Shown: positions 21,788-31,688, counted from the first letter of the stretch. The stretch is DNA of 64,000 bases from an uncultured Chloroflexia bacterium (GCA_963716815.1 CAVQUM010000012.1:145030-209029), one strand, 5' to 3'. Translations and numbers: made by a program. The notes: generated from the letters alone by a model not told the origin.

Positions 21788-22555
21788 CTAGGCGATCTCG
21801 TACTGGATGACGACGTTGACCGAGAGCTCGACCTCTCCCGGCAGCACCGGGGTGGAGGCGGCCGTATCGGCTGCGAAGGCCATCTCGGCCCGTTCCATGT
21901 AGATGGGCTGCGGCTGCTGCCCGCCCGACTCGCTGATGCTGACGATGCCGATGATCTCGACACCCGCGTCGGCTGCCAGTTGGTCGGCCTTGGCCCGCGC
22001 ATCGTCGACGGCGGCGGTGCGTGCCAGCATCTGGGCTTCGGTGGGGTCCTCCACGCGGAAGCTGATGCCGTTGACCTGGTTGGCGCCGGCCTCGACGACG
22101 GTGTCGATCACGTCGCCCACCGCTTCGATGTCACGCACCGTGACGTTGACCATGTTGCTGGCCTCCCAGCCCACGATGGCCGCTGGCTCCTTGTTCCAGT
22201 CGTAGCGCGCGTTGAGGTTGAGGCTGGTGGTCTGGATGTCCTTCTCGTCGATGCCCAGGCCCAGCAGCGCCTTCACCACCGAGTCCATCGAGGCTGCCGC
22301 CTTCTTCGAGGCGCCGCTGGCTTCCTTGGCCTGCTCGTACACCCCGATGTTGACGTCGGCCACGTCGGGGACCGCGTTGACGCGACCGGTGCCGTTGACG
22401 CTGAGCGTGCGCAGCGTCTGGTCGGCCGAAGTGTCCGACTGGGCTTGCGTGGCCATGGCGCCAGCTCCCAGGAACGAGGCGGCGAGCAGGCCGGCTGCGA
22501 GGCCGACCGCGATCGGTCGCAGGCTGGGACGGGTGAGGGAGATGGTGGTGTTCAC
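21788..22555 (-). CDS. SIMPL (DUF541/BP26) domain protein, secreted
   Basis: Signal peptide; LSVNGTG.V.AVPDVA; A...AV.DARAKA..LA; PV.PGE......V. Confidence 0.9.
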   Translation of the reverse strand: MNTTISLTRPSLRPIAVGLAAGLLAASFLGAGAMATQAQSDTSADQTLRTLSVNGTGRVNAVPDVADVNIGVYEQAKEASGASKKAAASMDSVVKALLGLGIDEKDIQTTSLNLNARYDWNKEPAAIVGWEASNMVNVTVRDIEAVGDVIDTVVEAGANQVNGISFRVEDPTEAQMLARTAAVDDARAKADQLAADAGVEIIGIVSISESGGQQPQPIYMERAEMAFAADTAASTPVLPGEVELSVNVVIQYEIA

Positions 22556-22670
22556 CGTGGTCGATCCTCCGGGTGTTCTGGTGCGTCCTGGCGCGGGCAG
22601 TCAGCGCACGATGGCGCGGCCTCGCACGGACTAGACGCCACCGAGTGGCGAGCGGTTCCCGGCCCTGGTC

Positions 22671-23159
22671 CTACGACGCGGGCTTGAGTGGGTAGATGAC
22701 CTCGGTCAGCCACTTGCCCGGGTCGGGTTCGGCCGAGGGGTCGGTGAGATAGAGCTCCCACGGGCCGCCGTTGGCCACGTAGTCCTGCGAGGCCTCGAGC
22801 CAGCGGTTCATGGCCTGGTAGGTGGCAGCGAGCGTGTCGTACGGGCCGGCGTGGACGGCGATGGCCGCCGGTCCGGAGGGCAGTCCGCTGGGCACGACCT
22901 TGCCGTCAGGGGCGATCGGGGCGCTGACCATGAACCCGGCCTCGAAGTCGACCGTCGCACCGTACGAGTGATAGCGCGCGAACGGCGCGCTGGTGGCGTC
23001 CACGCGCTGTGTCTCGAGGGCATGTCTGACGGCCTGGAGCGCGCTGCCCATCTGCAACGACAGCACCGAGGCGTCGACCTCCTGGCGCATCGTCGCGGTG
23101 TGGTGGCTCCGCAACACGCGAAGCTCGATCTTCGAAGACGGTCCTCGTTGGTCAGGCAT
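22671..23159 (-). CDS. GyrI-like domain protein
   Basis: PFARYH, HAGPYDTL.ATY..M..W and WELYLTDP..EPDP.KW.TEV.YP. Confidence 0.87.
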   Translation of the reverse strand: MPDQRGPSSKIELRVLRSHHTATMRQEVDASVLSLQMGSALQAVRHALETQRVDATSAPFARYHSYGATVDFEAGFMVSAPIAPDGKVVPSGLPSGPAAIAVHAGPYDTLAATYQAMNRWLEASQDYVANGGPWELYLTDPSAEPDPGKWLTEVIYPLKPAS

Positions 23160-23527
23160 GACGGCACCTCTGCGGTCGGTAGTGAGACTGTGCCGCGTCG
23201 TCCGCCCGAACGCAAGCCGCTGATGGTCATGTCGATCGATGTCTTCGGCGCACCCATTGCCGACCCCTTTCGGTTGCCCGTTCGCCTGCTGTTCCTCCTG
23301 GCGCGCTATTCCCCTTGGGGGCAGACCGAAGGGAGAGGCCCCCCTTCGGCCAGTCCGGTTGAGGCATACCTGGGGTCCCGATGGGGAATATGCCCAGCCG
23401 ATCAAGCCCGGGGATGGGAAGGCCGAAGCCCACGAGAAACGCGACCCAAGCCTGAAGTCAGCGCGAGGCGATGCCGGGAAAAGGCTGAGGTGGTCCCTGG
23501 AACAGGGTGAGACCGCACAGTGTCCGC

Positions 23528-23926
23528 ATGCCCTACCTCTTGCCCGACGGTGAATGGGACCGGATCCTGCTGCGAAGGTTCGGGGTTGCGCTGCGCCGAT
23601 GCCGGCTCGCGTCCGGGTTGAGTCAGATGGTGCTTGCCGAGCGCTCGGGCGTCTCACAGACGACCATCTCGCGACTCGAGAACGGCAAGGCACCGGCCGT
23701 GTCCGTCTACAAGCTCCTGCGCCTGGGCGACGTGCTCGGGCTCGGGTTGCCGCTGGCCTTCTGCCCGCACCGCCACCACTGCGCGTGGCGCCCGTTGCGG
23801 GAGGACGGCTCCGAAGACCGTCGCCACGAACCAGCCGTTGCGGACGACTTCTGGCGCAGCCTCCTGCCGGACGAACCAGCCAGCCTCCTGCCGGACGAAC
23901 CAGCCAGCCTCTTGCCGGACGAGTGA
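23528..23926 (+). CDS. XRE-family helix-turn-helix protein with C-terminal Cys/His motif
   Basis: LRRCRLASGLSQMVLAERSGVSQTTISRLENG, then FCPHRHHCAW. It ends in LLPDEPAS repeats. Confidence 0.8.
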   Translation: MPYLLPDGEWDRILLRRFGVALRRCRLASGLSQMVLAERSGVSQTTISRLENGKAPAVSVYKLLRLGDVLGLGLPLAFCPHRHHCAWRPLREDGSEDRRHEPAVADDFWRSLLPDEPASLLPDEPASLLPDE

Positions 23927-23956
23927 GCCAGCCAGCCTCCTGACCTCGAGTGAGCC
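23857..23956 (+). repeat. 24-bp tandem repeat CAGCCTCCTGCCGGACGAACCAGC (two perfect, two degenerate) spanning the HTH stop codon
   Basis: Units start at 23857, 23881, 23905 and 23933. Confidence 0.9.
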
Positions 23957-24240
23957 GTGAGCCCATTGGCCTGCCTGGTGGGTTCCATCGGGAGGACAGG
24001 CCCGCCCGGCATCACGAGTGCAGCCCGTCTTATGCCTCCAAGGGGACTTAGATATGCCTCAACCAGACTGGGCGGAGGAGGGCCTGTTCGTCCGACACGC
24101 CCCCAATGGGCATAGTGCCGGCCCACACCCGGCTTGCGTCCACGGCCGAGCCTGGCCCAGGCCCGCGGAGGAGGCCTACCTGGACCGCCGAGCCCGACAC
24201 GGTCGGAACCCCGGACGGAGAGGGGCGGTAGGCTGGCGCC

Positions 24241-24904
24241 ATGAGACGTCGCCCAATAGTGCTCCTGGTACTGACCTCAGCCCTCCTGCTGTCGGGTGTG
24301 CCGGCCGGGGCGCAAGGCGACACGCCATCGGCCACCCCGGAGCCTTTGGCCTCGGCACAGGCGACCCAGGTCCCGTCGGTGTCGAGATCGGGCCGGCCGG
24401 ACCTGTACCTCAAGATGCCGTACTACATCGGCGGCTTCGAGCCGGACATCGTGATGACCAGGGGGGAGGAGCATTTCGCCAACCTCGACGTCGGCGACCC
24501 GAAACGAGCAGAGCTCGAGAGCTTGCTCGAGACGGTCGGAGCGGAGGCCGACGATCTGGTCTCGGGCTACGCACTCGTGTCGCAGGAAGACTTCTTCAGC
24601 TTCGTCGTGGCCATCCGCGTCGACGGGATCGACACCGGGCACGTTGCTCCCTGCCTACCTGCCCATCCTCTACGAGGACCTCGAGGATCCGCGGAGCGTC
24701 GCCACGCAGATGGCCGGCCGCGATGTCACCATCATCACTTCGCTTGGCAGCGACGATGAGTACGTCGAGCTCTATGTCTATGACGAGGGCGACACGATCT
24801 GGATGCTCCAGGGTCCCCTGAGCGTGGTCGAGACGACCCTCGCCAATCTGCCCGACCCGCTGCCGATACCAGGGGAAACGACGCCAGGGGAAACGACGCC
24901 ATAG
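24241..24904 (+). CDS. Secreted hypothetical protein (frameshift ~24645); paralog of 45135-45740
   Basis: Signal peptide and acidic body. C-terminus GDTIWML....VVETTLANLP is similar to GDALWLL....LVEETVESLP. Confidence 0.65.
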
Positions 24905-24906
24905 GA

Positions 24907-24944
24907 AACGGGGTCCGACGTCGGGGGGAACGTCGGACCCCGTT
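24907..24944. terminator. Hairpin between convergent genes, probable bidirectional terminator
   Basis: AACGGGGTCCGACGT / ACGTCGGACCCCGTT perfect 15-bp stem with an 8-nt loop. Confidence 0.75.
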
Positions 24945-24983
24945 CTGTTCGCAGATCGGCCGCCCGAGGCCGATGCATGTGGT

Positions 24984-25490
24984 CTACGCGAGCGTCGTGC
25001 GCCGCGTCAGCTTCAAGAACTGGGCCGGCACCCACCACTTGAGGAAGTAGAGGCGGCAGCCGAGGCAGTAGCCGGTCGCCGCGAGGACGGCTTGCAGTGC
25101 CCCGACCGCTGCCGCCACGACCCAGCCGGCCGTCGCGAAGCCGAGGAGGAACAAGGCGGTCGCGACGGTGAAGCCGATGAAGCCGAGGGCCTGCGCGAAG
25201 CGCGGCGGGAGTTCGTGCTCGAGCTCCCTTGGCGGCGAGATGCGCAGAGTCGCCCGGACGACGGGCCATGCGCGACCCAGGATGGAATAGCGCGTGCCGA
25301 GGAAGGCGCTGGCCCCGAGCACCACGGCCAGGAGGGCGACCGTGGCAGGCGCTGCGAGGACGAAGCCGGCAGCGAGGATGACCACTGACAGCGCTGCGCC
25401 GAAGCGGTGCGCACGCGGATCGATCATGCGATCGGGCGCGGCATTCGCCTTCGGGGTGGGCTGACCGGTGGTCGCGTCGGTCGCGGTCAT
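24984..25490 (-). CDS. DUF4395 family membrane protein
   Basis: IDPRAHRFGA, PPRFAQALG and A.L.AATGYCLGC.LY. Confidence 0.9.
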   Translation of the reverse strand: MTATDATTGQPTPKANAAPDRMIDPRAHRFGAALSVVILAAGFVLAAPATVALLAVVLGASAFLGTRYSILGRAWPVVRATLRISPPRELEHELPPRFAQALGFIGFTVATALFLLGFATAGWVVAAAVGALQAVLAATGYCLGCRLYFLKWWVPAQFLKLTRRTTLA

Positions 25491-25631
25491 CGGTGTCTCC
25501 TCGGCTGGTAGTCGGGCTTGGTTCTGCCTGTTCTCGACGGTATAGGCTCACTACTGGACTGTCCAATCGAAACGTGAGAGGCTGGTGATCGATTGAGACG
25601 TTCACTGAATGGGGCGTGGAGGAGGATCGGC

Positions 25632-26564
25632 ATGGACCTACCGCGGCTGGAGGCGTTCCTTGAGGTCGCCCGACTCGGTTCGATGCGGGGGGCTGCGCGT
25701 TCGCTGCACCTGGGCCAGCCGGCGCTCTCGGCTCGGATCGTGGCGCTCGAGGACGAGCTCGGCGCCAAGGTCTTCGAGCGCACCAAGCGTGGCGTTCGCC
25801 TGACGCTCGCGGGCCGAGCCCTGATCCCACACGCGGAGCGGGCGCTCGAGGCGATCGATGCCGGCCGATCGGCCGTGAGCCAGGTGGAACAGGGCGATGA
25901 CGGCGAGCTGGTCATCGCGGCGGCAGGTGCCATCAACGCTTCGGTCGTGCCGGAGCTGGTGGCTCGCTTCCGTCGCTACCACCCGGGCGTGCACCTCTAC
26001 GTGCACACGGGGTCGGCGCAGCGCATCACCGAACTGGTCGCCTTCGGCACTGCGCAGTTGGGTCTTGTGCGCGAGGTGGCGCCGTCGAGGAATCCGCGGG
26101 TGCGGGTGACGCCGCTGTACGCAGAGGCCACGCTACTCGTGGCTCGGCCGGAGCACCCGTTCGTGGTCGAGGGCGCCATCCCCCTGGCGCGCCTGGGCGA
26201 CGCCACGTTGGTCTTCTACGACCGTGGCTCGGACGACTACCAGGCCACGCAGTCGCTGCTGAAGGAGGGCGGCGTGACGCCCTACGGCGTCATCGAGGTC
26301 GACTCGGTCGACACTGCCCGTCGGCTGGTCGAGCGTGGCCTGGGCGTGGCCTTCCTGCCGGCCACCGCGGCCGTGCCCTCGATCGAGACAGAACGGCTGT
26401 CGGCGATCTCGCTGGCCGATGCCCAGCCGGGCTCGTGGCGGATCGTGGCTCTCGAGCGCCCAGAGGCCTCGACCTGGCCACCCGTGGCCACGCTGCGGCG
26501 CCTGCTCGCGGAGGTGACCTCGTTCGTGCCCGGGGCGGAGTCGGTGGGACCAGCCGCGCCCTAG
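25632..26564 (+). CDS. LysR-family transcriptional regulator
   Basis: LEAFLEVARLGSMRGAA..LHLGQPALSARI.ALEDELG..VFERT.RGV.LT.AG. Confidence 0.95.
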   Translation: MDLPRLEAFLEVARLGSMRGAARSLHLGQPALSARIVALEDELGAKVFERTKRGVRLTLAGRALIPHAERALEAIDAGRSAVSQVEQGDDGELVIAAAGAINASVVPELVARFRRYHPGVHLYVHTGSAQRITELVAFGTAQLGLVREVAPSRNPRVRVTPLYAEATLLVARPEHPFVVEGAIPLARLGDATLVFYDRGSDDYQATQSLLKEGGVTPYGVIEVDSVDTARRLVERGLGVAFLPATAAVPSIETERLSAISLADAQPGSWRIVALERPEASTWPPVATLRRLLAEVTSFVPGAESVGPAAP

Positions 26565-27287
26565 TGGCCGCGCCCTGGAGAGTGGCTCGGCGGGACGTTG
26601 CAGTTGAGCCGGAAGAGGTTCATCGGATCCCATTCGTTCTTGAGCTCGACGAGCCGGTCCCAGGTGGCCGGCGGATAGGCGCCGCGTGCCTGCGCCTTCG
26701 CCTCCCCCTCGTCCTCGTGGCCGAGAAAGTTGGCCTAGTGGCCGCCGCGAGCGTAGCGATCAATCGCGCTCCAGAAGTCGCGGACCCAGCCGACCTGCCG
26801 TGAGTCCCTCGTCGGATCGGTCCACACGCCGCGGATGTTGAGCAAGTACCTGGCCTCGCGGTTGCCGAAGGCGGTGGCATCCTCGTTGAATCGGCTGAAG
26901 GCGCCGCCAAGACGATGGATCTCGGTCACCGTCAGTGGTGAGTGGCAGGCAGCGGCATAGTCGCCCACTGTGGTCACGACGTCGTCGCTGAACTTGTCGA
27001 AGTAGAGCGACTTGAAGTAGGCCCGGGTCTGGGCCGGGTAGAAGTCGTCGTTGTGCGACTGTAGGTCGAGCCAGTTGGTCGGCCCGGCGTAGAGATGGTC
27101 AGGATCGGTTCGCAGCAGGTTCTCCACGGCCTGCTCACCGTGCCGCCTGCAGGATCGCCGCGGGTTCCGGATCGACGAGACGGTTCCAGACGCTGCGGGC
27201 CTCAGCCCAGCCGTCGTCGCCCGGCAGCACGACCCGCCCATCGAGCTGCAGCGAGCGCAGGGCGGGGCCAGCGTCTGACATCGTCAT
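26561..27287 (-). pseudogene. FAD-linked oxidase (BBE-like) with large internal deletion and in-frame TAG
   Basis: The N-terminus GRVVLPGDDGWAEARSVWN...PAAIL is joined at ~27137 to the C-terminal part. A TAG at 26735 sits in the GHY/ANF position. The gene ends with the BBE tail RLVELKNEWDPMNLFRLN. Confidence 0.8.
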
Positions 27288-27360
27288 CTCCTCGGGCGGT
27301 GTGGCCCGAATATCCGGCCAGAGGGAGTTGCGTGCGAGGGCAAACGAAAGCCATACTTGG

Positions 27361-27655
27361 ATGACGACATATGAATCAGTGAGGTCAGTAGGAATTCCCA
27401 GCAAGGTCGGCGAGCGCGGGCAGATCACCATCGAGAAGGCCATCCGCGAAGAACTGGGCGTCTATGCCGGCGACCAGGCGGTGCAGTGGGTCGAGGATGG
27501 CCGTCTCGTCGTGACCTTCGTGCCGGCGCCGCATCGCCGGTCGCTGTTCGGGGATCCTCGCGAACGACATCACCAAGCGTCCGCAGTACGAGGAAGACTG
27601 GGAGTCGACCATCGAAGAGGCTCGCAACACGCCCGATCCGGATCGAGACTGGTGA
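27361..27655 (+). CDS. AbrB/MazE/SpoVT-family antitoxin (frameshift ~27550)
   Basis: SKVGERGQITIEKAIREELG...GD; its stop overlaps the GTG start of the PIN gene. Confidence 0.75.
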
Positions 27656-28047
27656 TCGCACTCGACACCTCGGTGGTCGTCCGCTACCTCACTGGTGTGC
27701 CCGCCGATCAGGCGCTCCGCGCGCGAACGTTCATCGACAGCGGGGACCGGTTGGGGATGTCAGTCCCGGTCCTGCTGGAGGCTGGCCGCACCCTCCGCAC
27801 GAGCTACGGCGTTGGTCGAGCCAGGGTGGTCGAAGTCCTGCTCGAATTCGTCACGCTCACGAACGTCGTGATGCTGGACCTGTCCAAGGATGCCGTGGTG
27901 GAGGCACTGGCCCGTGCACGCGAACTCGAGAGCGGTCCGTACCGGGACGCGCTGATCGCGGCTTTCGCGCGCGAAGCCGGGGCCGAGGCGCTTGTCTCGT
28001 TCGATCCGGGCATGGGACGCCTTGGCCTGCCGATCGTCGAGCCGTAG
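27652..28047 (+). CDS. vapC: PIN-domain (VapC-like) toxin
   Basis: IALDTSVVVRYL, E, YRDALI and VSFD acidic tetrad. Confidence 0.85.
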   Translation: MIALDTSVVVRYLTGVPADQALRARTFIDSGDRLGMSVPVLLEAGRTLRTSYGVGRARVVEVLLEFVTLTNVVMLDLSKDAVVEALARARELESGPYRDALIAAFAREAGAEALVSFDPGMGRLGLPIVEP

Positions 28048-30072
28048 GTGGCTGCGTTGACCGATATCGAGCGGATCCTCGAGGAGTTGAACGACGAGCA
28101 GCGGACGGCGGTGACCACCGCCTCCGGCCCGGTGGCCATCATCGCCGGCGCCGGCAGCGGCAAGACGCGCGTGGTCAGCCACCGCACGGCCTATGCCGTC
28201 GCCTCTGGCGTCGTGCCCGAGAGCCAGGTGCTGCTGGTGACTTTCACCGAGAAGGCCGCAAGCGAGATGAGGGAGCGCGTGCGCTCCCTGGGCCTGGGGC
28301 GGGTGATGGCACGGACCTTCCACTCGGCCGCGATGGCGCAGCTGTTCTACTTCTGGCCCTCGCGACACGATGGGACCGACCCGCCGGAGCTGCTGGCCGA
28401 CAAGTGGCGTCTCGTGGCGCCGCTGGCGCGAGATCTGCCGGGAGGCTACCGCTTCACGCCGACGAAGGACCTCATCGACGAGATCGAGTGGGCCAAGAGC
28501 CGGCGGCTGACACCCTCGACCTACCTGGCGCGCTCCGCCGGCCGCAAACCACCTGCGACACCGGACCTGTTCGTGCGCGTGTTCCGCGACTACGAGCGGC
28601 GCAAGCAGCGACGGGGACTGATCGACTTCGACGACATCCTGGGTCTGACCGTGGCGCTGCTGGAGGACGACGAGGAGGCGGCCCAGCTCGTGCACTCGCG
28701 CTACTCGTGGTTCACGGTCGACGAGTACCAGGACACGACACCCCTGCAGGCGCGGTTGCTGGAGCTCTGGCTGGGAGATGGTCGAGACATCTGCGTGGTC
28801 GGCGACGAGGACCAGACCATCTACACCTTCGCGGGCGCCACGCCGGAGCACCTGACGGGCTTCTCGCGGCGGTACCCGGACGCGATCGTCTTGCCGCTGC
28901 TCACCAACTACCGTTCGTCGCCACAGGTCCTTGCTCTTGCTAACAAGCTGCTGGCATCGACGGGATCGAGCAAGACGCTCGTGGCCACACGGGAGGATGG
29001 GCCGGAGCCGGTCGTGCGCTCGTTCGCCTCGGCAGCAGCGGAGGAGGCGTACATCGTCGGCCGCGTGAAGGCGCTCATCAGGGAAGGCACGTCGCCCGAT
29101 CGGATCGCGATACTGCTCCGGCTGAACGCGCAGACGGCCGGTTTCGAGGATGCCTTCGCACGTGAGGGTGTCGCCTACCAACTGCGCGGGGCGCGCTTCT
29201 TCGAGCGACGTGAGGTACAGCTCGCGGTGCGGGCACTCGAGCGCGTGCCGGACGACGTGACCGGCGAGGAGTTGGTGACGGCGGTCCACGGCGCGTGGGC
29301 GGAGGGGCTGGGCTTCGACCCCGATGACGAGCCCGAGGGGCGCGAGGCCCGGGAGCGCCACGCCACGCTGTCGACGCTCCTGACGATCGTGTCACAGCTG
29401 GCGCTCGCAGGGGAGGGAGCTGACCGCGATGCGGTGGTCGCAGCCCTCGCCGAGCGCGCCTCAGGCGAGGCCACCGACGGCGCCGGCGGCGTGGAACTGC
29501 TGACGCTGCATCGGGCCAAGGGACTCGAGTGGGACGCGGTCTTCGTTCCCATGCTCGAAGAGGGTTCGCTGCCGGTGAGCCAGGCGGGCGAGTCAGAGGC
29601 GGCGCTGGCCGAGGAACGTCGGCTGCTGTACGTGGGCATCACTCGTGCCCGCGATCACCTCACGCTCTCGTGGGCGCAGCGGCGGCTGTCGACGAGCGGC
29701 AAGTCCGGCTCCAGACGGCCGTCTCGGTTCCTCGCGGCACTTGGTGGCGGCTCTGGGTCGGCCGCCGGTGGCTCGAGCTCGGCCGCTGTCACGAAGCCAG
29801 AGCACCGGGAGCCCGGAGCCGCCCGCGCGCGGCTGAGTGCGGACGACGCGGTGCTCTTCGATGCGCTCAAGGCCTGGCGTCTCGAGCGGGCTCGGAAGGA
29901 CCGCGTCCCGCCGTACATCGTCACGCTCGACGCGGTCCTCGCGGAGGTCTCCGAGCGCCGCCCGGGCTCGCTCGACGAGCTGCTGCTCGTGCCGGGTATC
30001 GGCCCGGCCAAGGTCGAGCGTTACGGAGAGGCGATCCTCGCCATCGTGGCCGCGGAGAGCGGCGCGGATTGA
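28048..30072 (+). CDS. UvrD/Rep SF1 helicase with C-terminal HRDC domain (UvrD2-like)
   Basis: AGAGSGKT, VDEYQD, VGDEDQTIY, LTNYRS, TLHRAKGLEW and EERRLLYVGITRA; HRDC segment LFDALKAWR..RA...VPPY. Confidence 0.93.
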   Translation: MAALTDIERILEELNDEQRTAVTTASGPVAIIAGAGSGKTRVVSHRTAYAVASGVVPESQVLLVTFTEKAASEMRERVRSLGLGRVMARTFHSAAMAQLFYFWPSRHDGTDPPELLADKWRLVAPLARDLPGGYRFTPTKDLIDEIEWAKSRRLTPSTYLARSAGRKPPATPDLFVRVFRDYERRKQRRGLIDFDDILGLTVALLEDDEEAAQLVHSRYSWFTVDEYQDTTPLQARLLELWLGDGRDICVVGDEDQTIYTFAGATPEHLTGFSRRYPDAIVLPLLTNYRSSPQVLALANKLLASTGSSKTLVATREDGPEPVVRSFASAAAEEAYIVGRVKALIREGTSPDRIAILLRLNAQTAGFEDAFAREGVAYQLRGARFFERREVQLAVRALERVPDDVTGEELVTAVHGAWAEGLGFDPDDEPEGREARERHATLSTLLTIVSQLALAGEGADRDAVVAALAERASGEATDGAGGVELLTLHRAKGLEWDAVFVPMLEEGSLPVSQAGESEAALAEERRLLYVGITRARDHLTLSWAQRRLSTSGKSGSRRPSRFLAALGGGSGSAAGGSSSAAVTKPEHREPGAARARLSADDAVLFDALKAWRLERARKDRVPPYIVTLDAVLAEVSERRPGSLDELLLVPGIGPAKVERYGEAILAIVAAESGAD

Positions 30073-30149
30073 ACCAGGCGGTTCCGTCGGCAAGACCCAC
30101 GACGCCAGGCAGCGGCGATGAGCTCGTGCGCTGGCCGCCTGCAGGTCGG

Positions 30150-30458
30150 CTAGACCTCGATCTCGTCGATCCAGCACCAGCCCCAGATCTCGCCCGGCTC
30201 GTGCGAGCGCACGATGGGGTGACCGGTCTCCTCGAAGTGGCCGAATGCGTGCCGGCCCTCGGAATCGTTGCAGCAGCCGACATGGCCGCACTTGAGACAG
30301 AGCCGGAGGTGGACCCAGGTCGTGCCGGCCGCGAGGCACTCCTCGCAGCCGTCCGATCGCGGCTCCACGTTGAGCGCCTCGTCGAGGTGGCTGCAGCCGG
30401 AGCCGCCGCCGGTCAGCTTCGCCACCAGGCCCCGCAGGAATCCACTCAGCTCGGACAT
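30150..30458 (-). CDS. Stand-alone UBP-type zinc-finger protein
   Basis: CSH, CEEC, WVHLRLCLKCGHVGCCNDS..RHA..HF..TGHP and W.WC. Confidence 0.9.
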   Translation of the reverse strand: MSELSGFLRGLVAKLTGGGSGCSHLDEALNVEPRSDGCEECLAAGTTWVHLRLCLKCGHVGCCNDSEGRHAFGHFEETGHPIVRSHEPGEIWGWCWIDEIEV

Positions 30459-30486
30459 GCCATCTCCTCAGCTTGGGCGCGGGGCC

Positions 30487-31688
30487 TCATACCGGCGCAC
30501 ACTCGGCCACGCAGTCTTCTGCGGCCGTGACTTCCGCTGCGCGAGGTACGACTTGCGGCCGTGGCAGTAGCACCCAGGCGACGACGAAGGCCACGGCCGC
30601 GACGATGGCCGTCCAGGTCCCCAGCAGCCGGAAGCCGCCGTTGGCGAAGATGACGCCGCCGATGATGGGGGAAACGACTGCTGCGAGGTTGAGCGCGCTG
30701 CTGTTGAAGGCCATGACCGTGCCCCGAGCGCGATCGCTGATGCCGGCCGCGATCGACTGCTGCGCCGGCAGCCCGAACCACGTGCCGAAAACCCAGACCG
30801 CGAAGACCAGCAGCGCGAGCACGAGGCTCGTGACCGAGGGCAGGATCAGCACCGCCGTGCCGAAGCAGGCGATGGCCAGCAGCACCACCCGCCGTGGCCC
30901 GAACCGTGCCGCGCACGTCCGCTCGTACGCGCCGAGATGACGCCGACGAGGCCGAGCACGATGAAGACGATACTCACCTCCGACGTCGTCAGGCCGAACG
31001 AGGACTGGAAGAACTCGCCCACGAACGTCAACATGCCGAAGGGGCCCAGGAACCAGATGAAGGTCACCGCCAGCACCGAAAGCACCGCGCGATCACCGAC
31101 CGCGAAGCGCAGGCCCTCCACGTAGCCGATGGCGGTAGCCCCCGTGGCGCGGTGGGCCGGCAGGCGCCAGATGAGGAACGTGGCCACCACGGCCAGCAGC
31201 GCCACGGCCGCGAACGTGGCCCGCCAGCTGATCGCGCCCGCGAGCAGGGCGCCGAGCGGCAGCCCGAGCAGCGAGGCAAGTGGGAAGCCCATGGCCAGGT
31301 TGCCCATCGCGCGCGAGCGCTGCGTCACCGTGGGCAGGTCGCCCGCGTAGGCGAAGACCGCCGGCATGACCGCGGCGGCTCCAAGGCCGTTGAGCGCACG
31401 CAACACGATGAGCACGGGCAGCGTCGGTGCGACCGCGGTGCCGGCCACGGTGAGCGCGAAGAAGGCCATGCCTACGAGCATCACCAGTCGTCGTCGGTAG
31501 CGATCGGAGAAGGGCCCGAAGAACGGTGCCAGCAATGCGGTCGGCAGCGCATAGGCGCTCACCAGCAGGGCCAGCGCGGAGACCGGCTCGTCAAGGTCGG
31601 TGGCCATGGTCGGGATCAGCGCAGCGACGACGTACATGTCGATGCCGATGCAGAAGATCGCGAGCATGAGCGCGACGGTGGCTCTCAC
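30487..31688 (-). CDS. MFS transporter (frameshift ~30890)
   Basis: G.FSDRY.RR motif, LRALNGLGAA, and many transmembrane segments over two frames. Confidence 0.87.

Larger units (their letters stand above)
23307..24114. mobile_element. Inverted doublet of ~84-bp modules enclosing an XRE-HTH gene and tandem repeats (element B)
   Basis: 23305-23368 aligns without gaps to the reverse complement of 24053-24116 at 49/64 positions (core 19/21). Spacing is the same as in element A. Confidence 0.7.

Noticed and set aside
23305-24116. Classical IS with transposase and target-site duplication
   Set aside because: The cargo is only an HTH gene, the repeats are imperfect, and no flanking direct repeat is seen. 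It is kept instead as an unclassified element.
26735-26737. Pyrrolysine readthrough of in-frame TAG
   Set aside because: The gene is also internally deleted and no pyl genes are visible; a TAC-to-TAG mutation is simpler.
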